Shown here one piece after another: positions 29,036 through 39,789 of a DNA stretch of 64,000 bases; position 1 is the first letter of the stretch; every line of letters begins with the position of its first letter. The notes under the pieces are model-generated. The model made no database searches, was not told the origin of the DNA, and worked only from the letters and a program-made list of their open reading frames with translations. The DNA is from an uncultured Sphingomicrobium sp. Lineage in GTDB: Bacteria; Pseudomonadota; Alphaproteobacteria; Sphingomonadales; Sphingomonadaceae. The stretch covers positions 49,099-113,098 of the forward strand of contig CAXTED010000008.1 of NCBI GenBank assembly GCA_964243335.1, read 5' to 3'. Both the position numbers and the translations under genes were made by a program.

Positions 29036-29398
29036 TTGATGGTCGGACCCGACTGGATGAACAAGGCGGTGCGTGCCAGCCGCACGTTACACGCGACAAC
29101 TCGTGACGAGCCGGGCGCCAAGCACTCGGTCTACGTGATCCTGCTGCACGATCCCCGCCGCCGCGAAGCGTGGGGGTTGTACGTCGGGCAGACGTCGCGG
29201 GATCCCGATTGGCGCTTCGACCAACACAAAGCCGGGTACAAGGCCAGCAGCGCTGCCCGGCGCTTCGGGGTGCGATTGCTGCCGGAACTGGTCGAGCATC
29301 TGAACCCGTTGCGGCAATGGGAGTCGCTCGATCTGGAAGCGGCGCTGGCCGAAGCCTTCCGATCGGCGGGCATCGCCTGGGTCGAAGGCGGTCACTGA
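29036..29398 (+). CDS. Small hypothetical protein with GIY-YIG-nuclease-like motif pattern
   Basis: SVYVILLHD..WGLYVGQTSRDPDWRFDQHKAG..LEAALAEAF resembles GIY..YIG..R..H..E spacing. The gene is isolated and the start is uncertain (several Met codons). Confidence 0.45.
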   Translation: MMVGPDWMNKAVRASRTLHATTRDEPGAKHSVYVILLHDPRRREAWGLYVGQTSRDPDWRFDQHKAGYKASSAARRFGVRLLPELVEHLNPLRQWESLDLEAALAEAFRSAGIAWVEGGH

Positions 29399-29409
29399 TT
29401 TTCCGGGCG

Positions 29410-30411
<1,002 letters not shown>

Positions 30412-30560
30412 TTAGGGAAGTTGCCGAAACAACGGCCAGCCGGCTTGAAAGCCGCTTCAGCAGGTCGGATATATCTGCAGCGAGGCCTTGAGCGGCCGGG
30501 TCTTCCTGTGTGCCCGAGCGTTTGCCCCAACGATTTCCTACGACCAAGAAAGCCTAATTC

Positions 30561-31616
30561 ATGACCATCTCAGCCTATGGCGCCAATGCCGCCGACAAGC
30601 CACTCGAGCCATTGCAGATCTTGCGCCGGGAGCCGGGACCGAAGGACGTGCAGATCGAGATCGCTTATTGCGGGGTCTGCCACTCCGACCTTCACACGGT
30701 GCGATCAGAATGGGGAGGGACGCTTTTCCCGTGCGTGCCCGGCCATGAGATCGTCGGGCAAGTCAGTGCCGTCGGCGACCAGGTGGACGGGTTCAAAGTC
30801 GGCGACACCGTAGGCGTGGGCTGCATGGTCGATAGCTGCCAGAGCTGCCCGTCTTGCAACGATGGCGAGGAGCAATATTGCACCGGAACGGGCTTCGTCG
30901 GCACCTACAATGGTGCGACGGAGGATGCGCCCGGCCATACGCTGGGCGGCTATTCCCAGCAGATCGTCGTGGACGCCGGCTTCGTTCTGCACATTCGGCA
31001 TCCGCAGGAACAGCTTGCCGCGGTGGCGCCGCTGTTGTGCGCGGGCATCACAACCTATTCTCCGCTGCGCCACTGGAACGTTGGTCCGGGCAAGAAGGTC
31101 GGTGTCGTGGGCATTGGCGGGCTCGGCCACATGGGCATCAAGATCGCCCACGCGATGGGTGCTCAGGTGGTTGCGTTCACGACCTCCGAGAGCAAGCGCG
31201 AGGACGCCAGGAAGCTGGGCGCGGACGAGGTCATCAATTCGCGCAACGCCGAGGAGATGGATGCGCACGCCGGAAGCTTCGACTTCATCCTCGACACGGT
31301 AGCGGCGAGCCATGACCTCGACTCTTTCACGGAGCTCCTCAAGCGGGACGGAACGCTGACGCTGGTCGGCGTACCGGAGCATCCGCATCCGTCGCCGACC
31401 GTCGGTAATCTGATCTTCCGGCGCCGGTCGATCGCCGGGTCGCTGATCGGTGGCATCGCCGAAACACAGGAGATGCTCGATTTCTGCGCAGAGCACGACA
31501 TCGTCGCGGACATCGAAATGATCCGCATCCAGCAGATCGACGAAGCGTATGACCGGATGCAGCGGAGCGACGTGAAGTACCGGTTCGTCATCGACAACAG
31601 CACGCTGGCGGCCTGA
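30561..31616 (+). CDS. NAD(P)-dependent zinc alcohol dehydrogenase (YahK/cinnamyl-ADH-like)
   Basis: CGVCHSDLH, GHEIVG, structural-zinc motif CQSCPSCNDGEEQYC, and GIGGLGHMG Rossmann text. Confidence 0.9.
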   Translation: MTISAYGANAADKPLEPLQILRREPGPKDVQIEIAYCGVCHSDLHTVRSEWGGTLFPCVPGHEIVGQVSAVGDQVDGFKVGDTVGVGCMVDSCQSCPSCNDGEEQYCTGTGFVGTYNGATEDAPGHTLGGYSQQIVVDAGFVLHIRHPQEQLAAVAPLLCAGITTYSPLRHWNVGPGKKVGVVGIGGLGHMGIKIAHAMGAQVVAFTTSESKREDARKLGADEVINSRNAEEMDAHAGSFDFILDTVAASHDLDSFTELLKRDGTLTLVGVPEHPHPSPTVGNLIFRRRSIAGSLIGGIAETQEMLDFCAEHDIVADIEMIRIQQIDEAYDRMQRSDVKYRFVIDNSTLAA

Positions 31617-31620
31617 CATC

Positions 31621-32628
31621 ATGCGAGCCATGGCGCTGCGTTCGCCGGCCGGCCTCGACCGGTTGGTATTGGAAGACAGGCCCGATCCGGGCGAGCCGGG
31701 GCCAGGCGAGATCCGGGTGGCCTTGCACGGCAGTTCGCTGAACTTCCATGATCTTGGCGTGGTGCTGGGCCGGATGGCGGCGGCTGACGGTCGCATCTTG
31801 CTCGCGGACGGGGCTGGGATCGTCGAGGGTGTGGGTGCCGGGGTGACCGAGTTCGCGGTCGGCGATCTGGTCGTGTCCTGCTTCTTCCCCGACTGGCAGG
31901 ACGGCCCGCCGACGATCGGCGACTTCCGCCGGACGCCGGGCGACGGCATCGACGGTTTTGCTCAGGAGACGGTCGTTGTTCCCGCAACGGCGTTCACTCA
32001 TGCGCCCAAGGGCTATGATGCCGTGGAGGCGGCGGCGATCACCACCGCGGGGCTGACGGCGTGGCGGGCGCTCGTGGTCGACGGCAATCTAAAGCCCGGC
32101 GACACCGTGCTGCTTCTGGGCACTGGAGGCGTGTCGATCTGGGCGCTGCAGCTGGCCAAGCTGATCGGTGCGACGGTGGCGATTACCTCATCGTCCGGCG
32201 AGAAGCTTGAGCGGGCCAGCGACCTAGGCGCCGACTTCACCGTTAACTACCGCGAGCAGCAGGACTGGGGCAGGGTCGTGCGCGAATGGACGGGCGGCCG
32301 CGGTGTCGACCATGTGGTGGAGGTCGGCGGGCCCGGCACACTTGCTCAGTCGATCGATGCGGTGCGCGTCGGCGGACATATCTCGTTGATAGGCGTGCTC
32401 ACCGGCGCGTCGGGCGACGTACCCACGGCCGCGCTCATGGCCAAGCAGGCACGGCTTCAGGGGCTGATCGTCGGGAGTCGGCGCGAACAGCAGGACTTCG
32501 TGCGTGCCCTCGACGGTGGCGCAATCCGGCCGGTGATCGACCGGCGCTTCGCGTTGGAGCAACTGGCCGATGCCTTCCGCTTCGAAATGAGCGGCGGGCA
32601 CTTCGGCAAGATCGGGATCGAGTGGTGA
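31621..32628 (+). CDS. MDR-superfamily NAD(P)H quinone oxidoreductase / zinc-binding dehydrogenase
   Basis: GTGGVSIWALQLAKLIGA Rossmann motif and an MDR-like N-terminal GroES fold. It starts 4 nt after the previous gene. Confidence 0.8.
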   Translation: MRAMALRSPAGLDRLVLEDRPDPGEPGPGEIRVALHGSSLNFHDLGVVLGRMAAADGRILLADGAGIVEGVGAGVTEFAVGDLVVSCFFPDWQDGPPTIGDFRRTPGDGIDGFAQETVVVPATAFTHAPKGYDAVEAAAITTAGLTAWRALVVDGNLKPGDTVLLLGTGGVSIWALQLAKLIGATVAITSSSGEKLERASDLGADFTVNYREQQDWGRVVREWTGGRGVDHVVEVGGPGTLAQSIDAVRVGGHISLIGVLTGASGDVPTAALMAKQARLQGLIVGSRREQQDFVRALDGGAIRPVIDRRFALEQLADAFRFEMSGGHFGKIGIEW

Positions 32629-33674
32629 GCAAAGGCGCGGGAACGGCGCTGGTCGCTGGCGCGGCGGGGATCATTGGTGATGCCCTGCTGCGCGAACTCG
32701 ATGGCGACGGCTGGCAGGTGCGCGGGTTGTCGCGGCGTAAGCTGAGCGACTATCCGTCAATCCAGGCGGACCTCACCGATGCGGACGCCACGGCGGCGGC
32801 GCTGCGGGAAGCTGGCGACACCACGCATCTGTTCTACGCGGCACTCGCGCCCGACCCTGACCTTGCCACCGAGGCGTCGCGAAACGCGGCGATGCTTGGC
32901 AATCTGCTCGACGGGCTTGAGGCGGCCGGCGCGCCGCTGCAGCGAGTGATCATCTACCAGGGCTTCAAGATCTACGGCATTCACCTTGGCGCTAAGGTGC
33001 GCACGCCGGCGCGGGAAAGTGATCCGCCGCACATGCCGCCGAACCTCTACATGGCGCAGGAAGCGGAGCTGCGCGAGCGCGCCGCGCGCAGCCGCTGGGA
33101 TTACGTCGCCTTGCGGCCGGATGTCGTGGTCGGCGATATCTGGGGCAATCCGATGAACATCGCGCTGGTGGTCGGCGCCTTTGCCGAGATCAGCCGGGAA
33201 CTTGGCATTCCGCTGCGCTTTCCGGGTTCCGACCAGGCGTTCAGCCAATTGGTGCAGTTCACCGACTCGCGCCTGCTTGCCCGGGCCAGCCTGTGGGCGG
33301 CGACCAGCGATCGCGCCGGCGGCGAAGCGTTCAATGTCACCAATGGCGACACCTTCCGCTGGGAGCGGATGTGGGACGATGTGGGCCGGCACCTTGGCAT
33401 CGAGACCGCTGGCCCGGTACCGCTGACACTGGCCAAGCACATGGCCGACAAGGGGCCTCTGTGGCGCACCATGGCGGCGCGGCATGGCCTGACCGAGCCG
33501 GACCTCGCCCGTTTGGTCGGCTGGGGCTTCGGCGACTTCATCTTCCACACGGAAACGGACGTCATCTCGGATGTGAACAAGATCTACGAACATGGCTTAA
33601 CCGAGCGCATGAACTCGACGAAGTCCCTGCTGACCGCGATCGACAGCCTTAAACGTCAGAAAGTGTTACCCTAG
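32625..33674 (+). CDS. Extended SDR / NAD-dependent epimerase-dehydratase family oxidoreductase
   Basis: The GTG at 32625 overlaps the upstream stop (GTGA) and gives VSKGAGTALVAGAAGIIGDALLREL (GxxGxxG). The 113 upstream codons of the listed ORF overlap the previous gene out of frame. Confidence 0.75.
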   Translation: MSKGAGTALVAGAAGIIGDALLRELDGDGWQVRGLSRRKLSDYPSIQADLTDADATAAALREAGDTTHLFYAALAPDPDLATEASRNAAMLGNLLDGLEAAGAPLQRVIIYQGFKIYGIHLGAKVRTPARESDPPHMPPNLYMAQEAELRERAARSRWDYVALRPDVVVGDIWGNPMNIALVVGAFAEISRELGIPLRFPGSDQAFSQLVQFTDSRLLARASLWAATSDRAGGEAFNVTNGDTFRWERMWDDVGRHLGIETAGPVPLTLAKHMADKGPLWRTMAARHGLTEPDLARLVGWGFGDFIFHTETDVISDVNKIYEHGLTERMNSTKSLLTAIDSLKRQKVLP

Positions 33675-33806
33675 TCGCTCCGGATCTGTCCGCGTCATGA
33701 CCGGTTTTCTCGACCTCGACTTAAGACAAGAATGGAACGAGCAGTCGACGCAAACTGCAGCCCTTGGCGACGCGTGAATACGGCCCTACGGCCAGCCCGA
33801 AGGCCT

Positions 33807-33843
33807 AATCTGGAACCGCTACGGGGCTTGGCTGTTCCAGATT
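33807..33843. promoter_or_regulatory. Perfect 10-bp inverted repeat AATCTGGAAC-N17-GTTCCAGATT in the 243-bp gap upstream of the RND operon
   Basis: Read directly. It also matches GGAAC-N16-TGTT on the + strand, a near EcfG-type promoter. Function is unknown. Confidence 0.35.
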
Positions 33844-33931
33844 TGCATAGCAGAAATCAGGATCAATGCGCTTCCGTCCGCGCGAGCGATTGACTTCTTA
33901 CGGGTGATGAAAACCAGTGCGGGCTCATGAA

Positions 33932-35110
33932 ATGAAGGTTGGAGTGAGTTGGTGCAGACAAGCCCTCGTGCTTGCCTCGCTACTGGCGGTCGGCGCTTGC
34001 GCTGAGTCTGAGCCGGAGCGGGCTAGGCCGACACCGGAGGCCGGCTTTATTGTGGTGAGCACGCAACCGGTTGAGCTTACGACCGAACTTGGCGGCCGAA
34101 CGGCGGCATTCGAGACGTCCGAAGTCCGGCCGCAGGTGTCGGGGGTGATCCGGTCCAGGCAGTTTACCGAAGGTTCGCTCGTTCGGGCCGGTCAGACGCT
34201 CTACCAGATTGATTCAAGCGTTTACCAGGCGAGCGCATCGGAGGCGCAGGCAAATTTGGCCAGCGCCGAAGCTGCCCGCAATGCGGCGGCGGCACGAGAG
34301 GCTCGATTCCGCCCGCTGGCGCGGCTGCAGGCAATCAGCCAGCAGGAATACACGGATGCTACGGCCACCGCCCGCCAAGCGACCGCCAGCGTCGCTCAAA
34401 GCCGGGCGCAGGTCGAAGCGGCCCGCATCAATCTTCGTTTCACGCGGGTGCCCGCGCCGATCACGGGCCGAATCGGGCGATCGCTGGTGACCACCGGCGG
34501 GCTGGTCACGGCGAACCAGGCTGAGGCGCTTACCACCATCCAGCGGCTCGACCCAATGTTCGTCGATATTCAGCAATCCAGTGCCGACCTGCTTGCTTTG
34601 CGCCAAAAGGCCGGTACTAGTGGGAACTCGGCGACCGTCAGGCTCAAGCTGGAGGACGGCAGTACCTACGGCTACACCGGCACTCTTCAGTTCGCCGAAG
34701 CGATGGTCGATCCGGGCACGGGGTCTGTTACGCTACGCGCACGCTTCCCCAATCCGCAAGGATTGCTGCTTCCCGGCATGTACGTCCGCGCGTCACTGGT
34801 GCAGCAGTCGGTGCCGAACGGGATCATGGTGCCGCAGACGGGCGTCTCGCGCGATCCGCAGGGTAATGCGACCGTGATGGTGATCGGACCAAACAACACG
34901 GCTATTCGCAAGAAGGTCACGGCCGACCGGACGATTGGCGATCAGTGGCTGGTGACGGCCGGATTGAACCCTGGTGAGAAAGTCATCGTCGAAGGTTTGG
35001 GCAAGATCAGGCCGAACGCCAAGATCGTGCCCGTAGCCGCTGGATCCAAGCCCAAGCCCAGACCAGCAGGATCCGGAGCAGGCGAAGGCCGCGCGGCGCC
35101 CGCCGCATGA
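33932..35110 (+). CDS. RND efflux periplasmic adaptor (AcrA/MexA family lipoprotein)
   Basis: Lipobox LLAVGAC. Also VSGVIRSRQFTEGSLVRAGQTLYQID, RINLRFTRVPAPITGRIG and PGMYVRA. Confidence 0.9.
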   Translation: MKVGVSWCRQALVLASLLAVGACAESEPERARPTPEAGFIVVSTQPVELTTELGGRTAAFETSEVRPQVSGVIRSRQFTEGSLVRAGQTLYQIDSSVYQASASEAQANLASAEAARNAAAAREARFRPLARLQAISQQEYTDATATARQATASVAQSRAQVEAARINLRFTRVPAPITGRIGRSLVTTGGLVTANQAEALTTIQRLDPMFVDIQQSSADLLALRQKAGTSGNSATVRLKLEDGSTYGYTGTLQFAEAMVDPGTGSVTLRARFPNPQGLLLPGMYVRASLVQQSVPNGIMVPQTGVSRDPQGNATVMVIGPNNTAIRKKVTADRTIGDQWLVTAGLNPGEKVIVEGLGKIRPNAKIVPVAAGSKPKPRPAGSGAGEGRAAPAA

Positions 35111-38100
35111 TCTCGCGCATTTTCATCGCGCGGCCCATTTTCGCGTGGGTAGTTGCGATCGTGATCATGCTGACGGGCGTCGGTGCCCTGTTCACTTTGC
35201 CGATCGAGCAATATCCGGACATCGCGCCCACCTCGATCAACATCCGCGCGAACTATCCGGGCGCGGCGGCGGAGACGCTTGAGTCCAGCGTTACCCAGAT
35301 CATCGAACAGCAGCTGACCGGCATCGACGGCCTGATCTACTTCAGCTCGACCTCCTCGTCGTCGGGGTCGGCGGCCATCACCGCCACCTTTGCCAAGGGC
35401 ACCGATCCGGACATCGCCCAGGTGCAAGTCCAGAATAAAGTGCAGCAGGCGATCCCGCGCTTACCCCAGCAGGTGCAGCAGCAGGGCGTCAGCGTCACCA
35501 AGTCGAGCAGCGACTTTCTGCTGATCGTGTCGGTTTACGACGAGACCGATCAGACGACCAACAATGATGTGTCGGACTATCTCGTATCGAACCTTCAGGA
35601 CGTGATCGGTCGCATCCCCGGGGTCGGCGACGTTAACGTCTTCGGTTCCCAATATGCGATGCGGATCTGGCTCGATCCGTTCAAACTGGCTGGCGTGAGG
35701 CTGATGCCAGGCGATGTGACCGCGGCCGTGCAGGCGCAGAACACCCAGGTCGCCGCCGGGCAGATTGGCTCACAGCCGTCCGGCCCGGAGCAGATGCTGA
35801 CCGCGACAGTGACCGCCCGGTCGCGGCTGACCAGCCCCGAGCAGTTTCGAAACATCGTGCTCAAAAGCCAGCCGGATGGGTCACGCGTGCTGCTCCGCGA
35901 TGTCGCACGCGTCGAGCTTGGTGCGGAAAACTACAATGTCGTCAGTCGCTTCAACGGGCACCCGGCTGCGGGCATTGCAGTTCAACTCGCGCCGGGTGCG
36001 GATGCGCTCGAGACCGCGGATCTCGTGAAGGCGGAAGTCGCCAGTCAGGAATCGAAGTTTCCGGCCGGCTACAAATACGCTTTTCCGATCGACAGCACGA
36101 CCTTCATCCGTCTGTCGGTGTCCGAGGTCGTCAAGACGCTGATCGAGGCGATCGTGCTGGTCGTCATCGTCATGTTCGTGTTCCTGCAGAGCTGGCGCGC
36201 AACACTGATCCCGGCAATCGCCGTGCCTGTCGTCTTGCTCGGCACCTTCGGTGTTCTGGCGTTCGCCGGGTTCAGCATCAACACGTTGACGCTGTTCGGA
36301 ATGGTCCTGTCGATCGGACTGCTGGTCGACGACGCGATCGTCGTGGTGGAAAACGTCGAGCGCGTGATGGATGAAGATCCAAATATCTCGGCGCGGGATG
36401 CCACCATCCAGTCGATGGGTGAGATAACCACCGCACTGATCGCCATCGGATTGGTGCTGTCGGCTGTGTTCCTCCCCATGGCATTCTTCGGCGGCTCCGT
36501 CGGCGTGATCTACAAGCAATTCTCGGTCACCATCGTGGCCTCCATGCTTCTGTCGGTGGTCGTCGCGCTTGTGCTCACCCCGGCACTTACGGCGACCCTG
36601 CTCAAGCGGCGTGAGCCGCACGCAGAGCCCGCCTGGCTGCAGAAGGCACACGGCTACGGAACGCGGTTCAACAATTGGTTCGGGCGCACCTCCGACCGCT
36701 ATCGGGATCAGGTCGGGAGAACGATCGCAAAACCGCGATTGGCGTTGGTCGGCTATGCAATAATCTGTGTCGTCCTTGTCGGCCTGCTCTGGCGGCTACC
36801 CTCCAGCTTCCTCCCCGTGGAAGACCAGGGACGCGCGCAGATCCAATACACGCTACCCCCGGGCGCAACCCAGTCTCGCACCGAAGTGGCGGCGACCGCG
36901 ATCACCAACTTTTTCCGCGAGGAAATGAGCGACTCCGTCGAGGCGGTGTACACCGTTTCGGGACAGGGCGGGGGCGGAGGCTCTGGCCAGAATGCCGGGC
37001 GTGGCTTCCTGATGCTCAAGCCATGGGACGAGCGCACGACCAAGGAAACGTCGGCGGACGAGATCACCAGGAAAGCGACGGCGGGCATCAGTCGCCAGTT
37101 GCGGGACGTGGAGTTCTTCGCTTTGGCGCCGCCTGCGGTGCGCGGTCTTGGCCAGTCCTCGGGCTTCACCATGCAATTGCTGAACAGCGGCGGTCTCAGC
37201 CGCGCGGAGTTCAAGGCGGCACGCGACAGCTTGACGCAGGCGGCTCAGGGAGAGCCGGGGCTGACCGCTGTGCGGCTTGGGGCACTCGAGGACAATCCGA
37301 CGCTGACCGTCTCGCTCGACGACGAGAAGCTTGGCGCGCTTGGGATCACCTCAACTCAGGCGGACCAGACCCTCGCGACCGCGTGGGGCGGCAGTTATGT
37401 CAACGACTTCATCGATCGCGGCCGGGTGAAACGTGTCTATGTCCAGGGTGATGCGCCTTATCGTGGCCGCCCCGAGGACCTTGCCGACTGGTTCGTCCGC
37501 GGATCGGAAGGCGAGATGGCGCCCTTCACTTCCTTTGCGCGGACCGGATGGAGCCAGTCACCCTCTAGCCTGTCCCGCTTCAACGGCACGCCGTCCTACC
37601 AGATACAGGGCCAGGCAGCGGAGGGTTACAGTTCGGGGGATGCCATGAACCGGATTGCCGCGCTTGCCGCAACGATCCCGGGAACATCGGTCGCCTGGTC
37701 CGAACTGAGCTATCAGGAGCGCCTGAGTGGAAGCCAAGCGCCACTCTTGTACGGCATCTCCCTTCTGGTCGTCTTTCTATGCCTCGCCGCCCTCTATGAA
37801 AGCTGGTCGATCCCGATCGCGGTGATGCTCGTCATTCCGGTGGGCCTGGTCGGGGCGGCACTCGCGGTCACTCTGCGCGGACTCGAGAATGACGTCTACT
37901 TCCAGGTCGGCCTGCTCACTACGATGGGATTGTCGGCGAAGAACGCCATCCTCATCATCGAGTTTGCCGAGCAAGCGGAAAAGGCCGGCAAGACCGCGGT
38001 CGATGCTGCCATCGAGGCGGCGCGCCTCCGTTTGCGCCCGATCCTGATGACTAGTCTCGCCTTCATCTTCGGTGTGGTGCCGTTGGCTATCTCCACCGGC

Positions 38101-38280
38101 GCTGGAGCCAGGAGCCGGGTCGAAATTGGCACCGCCGTGATCGGCGGCATGCTGACGGCAACCGCGCTGGCGATCTTTCTGGTGCCATTGTTCTTCGTGC
38201 TGGTCCGCAAGCTGTTCACGCGCAGGCCCAAGGAGGCAAAAGTGACGGCAGGCCAACCCGCGCCGCCGCAGGAGGCATGA
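35107..38280 (+). CDS. RND multidrug efflux permease (AcrB/MexB, HAE1 family)
   Basis: 1057 aa starting MISRIFIARPIFAWVVAIVIML, with 12-TM architecture and the conserved LLVDDAIVVVEN text. The ATGA start overlaps the adaptor stop. Confidence 0.95.
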   Translation: MISRIFIARPIFAWVVAIVIMLTGVGALFTLPIEQYPDIAPTSINIRANYPGAAAETLESSVTQIIEQQLTGIDGLIYFSSTSSSSGSAAITATFAKGTDPDIAQVQVQNKVQQAIPRLPQQVQQQGVSVTKSSSDFLLIVSVYDETDQTTNNDVSDYLVSNLQDVIGRIPGVGDVNVFGSQYAMRIWLDPFKLAGVRLMPGDVTAAVQAQNTQVAAGQIGSQPSGPEQMLTATVTARSRLTSPEQFRNIVLKSQPDGSRVLLRDVARVELGAENYNVVSRFNGHPAAGIAVQLAPGADALETADLVKAEVASQESKFPAGYKYAFPIDSTTFIRLSVSEVVKTLIEAIVLVVIVMFVFLQSWRATLIPAIAVPVVLLGTFGVLAFAGFSINTLTLFGMVLSIGLLVDDAIVVVENVERVMDEDPNISARDATIQSMGEITTALIAIGLVLSAVFLPMAFFGGSVGVIYKQFSVTIVASMLLSVVVALVLTPALTATLLKRREPHAEPAWLQKAHGYGTRFNNWFGRTSDRYRDQVGRTIAKPRLALVGYAIICVVLVGLLWRLPSSFLPVEDQGRAQIQYTLPPGATQSRTEVAATAITNFFREEMSDSVEAVYTVSGQGGGGGSGQNAGRGFLMLKPWDERTTKETSADEITRKATAGISRQLRDVEFFALAPPAVRGLGQSSGFTMQLLNSGGLSRAEFKAARDSLTQAAQGEPGLTAVRLGALEDNPTLTVSLDDEKLGALGITSTQADQTLATAWGGSYVNDFIDRGRVKRVYVQGDAPYRGRPEDLADWFVRGSEGEMAPFTSFARTGWSQSPSSLSRFNGTPSYQIQGQAAEGYSSGDAMNRIAALAATIPGTSVAWSELSYQERLSGSQAPLLYGISLLVVFLCLAALYESWSIPIAVMLVIPVGLVGAALAVTLRGLENDVYFQVGLLTTMGLSAKNAILIIEFAEQAEKAGKTAVDAAIEAARLRLRPILMTSLAFIFGVVPLAISTGAGARSRVEIGTAVIGGMLTATALAIFLVPLFFVLVRKLFTRRPKEAKVTAGQPAPPQEA

Positions 38281-39758
38281 TGCGCAGGAATGTTATCACG
38301 CTGGCGCTGATGGTTTCGCTTGCCGCGTGCAATCTCGAGCCTCCGTTCGAGCAGCCGGCCCCGGCTATTCCGGCAGGCTGGCCGGTGAAGGATCTGACGC
38401 TGCTGGCCAGTGAGCGTAACCTGACGTCGCTGGACCACCGCAGCCTGTTCGTCGATCCGCGGCTTCAGCGGATCATCGCCCAGTCACTGGCCTACAATCA
38501 GGACGTGCGGCTGGCGCTGGCGAACGTTCAGGCGGCGCGCGGTCTGTACCGGGTTCAGCGGTCCGCACTACTGCCTACGGTCACTGCTGGCGGCGATGCC
38601 TCCTTTCGTTACAGCGGCGGAGGAGGCTCATCGAATTCGAGCACGGGCACGGGCACGGATGGAACGGGGACGGGCACTGGTACCGGCGGAACGGGTGGTG
38701 GCAGCAATAGCGGTTCAAGCGGCGGCGGTGTTGGTGCCAACTATACCGTCGATATAGGTGCTTCGAACTTCGAGATCGATCTGTTCGGTCGCAACCGTAG
38801 CCTCAGCAACGCCGCGCTGAACACCTACTTTGCGACGGAATCGGCGGTAAGGGCCACGCGGCTCACCGTGGTCTCCGACGTCGCCGACATCTGGTTCACT
38901 CTGGCCGCCGACCGCAGCCTGCTGGCGATCGCGCGGGAAACGGTAGCCACTGCCCAGACCAGCGAGCGCCTGACCCGGCTTCGCCTGGAGGGCGGGATCG
39001 CGCCGCGGACCGACTTGCGGCAGGCCCAGACGATCCGCGCCACCGCGCAGTCCGACCTGGCCAATCTCATCACCATCGTTCAGCAGGATCGCAATGCGCT
39101 CGAGCTGCTCACCGGATCCCCGGTTCGCGATGCCGATCTGCCCGAGTCCATTGAACAGGTCGAGCAAAGCGCGGTGCCGGCATCCGCGGGTCTCGACAGC
39201 TCCATCCTGCTTCGCCGTCCCGATGTGGTCGAGGCCGAGTTCCGCCTGCGATCGGCAAATGCGGAGATCGGCGCGGCCCGGGCGGCTTTCTTCCCGCGCA
39301 TCTCGTTGACCGGTCTGGCGGGTCTGGCCAGCAGCGGCCTGACCTCCTTATTGTCCGGAAATGCCTTTAGCGCGGCCATTACCCCGAGCGTCAGCGTTCC
39401 GATCTTCGGCGGCACGAACCGTGGCAACCTCGAATATGTCCGGGCGCAACGAGAGGGCAGTCTGGCCACCTATCAGCGCACGATCCAGGGAGCGTTTCGC
39501 GACGTGTCGGATGCGCTCGCCCGGCGGGCAACGATCAATGAGCAGCTGGCCGCTCAGCGGGAGCTGGAGGCTGCCGCGAGGGACACCTTCAATCTGACCA
39601 CGGCCCGGTACCGTGGCGGCATATCGTCTTTCCTCGAAAGCTTGGACGCCCAGCGGTCCTTGTACACGGCGCGCCGTTCGCTTGCCCAAACCCGCCTCCT
39701 GCGGGCGCAGAGCGTGGTTGCGCTTTACCGGTCGCTTGGAGGCGATCCGACGATCTAA
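38277..39758 (+). CDS. RND efflux outer-membrane factor lipoprotein (NodT/OprM family)
   Basis: Lipobox LMVSLAAC, SNFEIDLFGRNRS, and two TolC-like repeats. It has a 41-aa Gly/Ser/Thr-rich insertion (aa 113-153). The start overlaps the permease stop. Confidence 0.9.
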   Translation: MMRRNVITLALMVSLAACNLEPPFEQPAPAIPAGWPVKDLTLLASERNLTSLDHRSLFVDPRLQRIIAQSLAYNQDVRLALANVQAARGLYRVQRSALLPTVTAGGDASFRYSGGGGSSNSSTGTGTDGTGTGTGTGGTGGGSNSGSSGGGVGANYTVDIGASNFEIDLFGRNRSLSNAALNTYFATESAVRATRLTVVSDVADIWFTLAADRSLLAIARETVATAQTSERLTRLRLEGGIAPRTDLRQAQTIRATAQSDLANLITIVQQDRNALELLTGSPVRDADLPESIEQVEQSAVPASAGLDSSILLRRPDVVEAEFRLRSANAEIGAARAAFFPRISLTGLAGLASSGLTSLLSGNAFSAAITPSVSVPIFGGTNRGNLEYVRAQREGSLATYQRTIQGAFRDVSDALARRATINEQLAAQRELEAAARDTFNLTTARYRGGISSFLESLDAQRSLYTARRSLAQTRLLRAQSVVALYRSLGGDPTI

Positions 39759-39789
39759 GTCGCGCTTTCCGACCGGCAGCGATCGAGGC

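Noticed and set aside
38613-38735. GGC/ACG-rich repeats as a tandem-repeat or CRISPR-like element
   Set aside because: They are in frame within the OMF gene and encode a Gly/Ser/Thr loop. There is no repeat-spacer periodicity.
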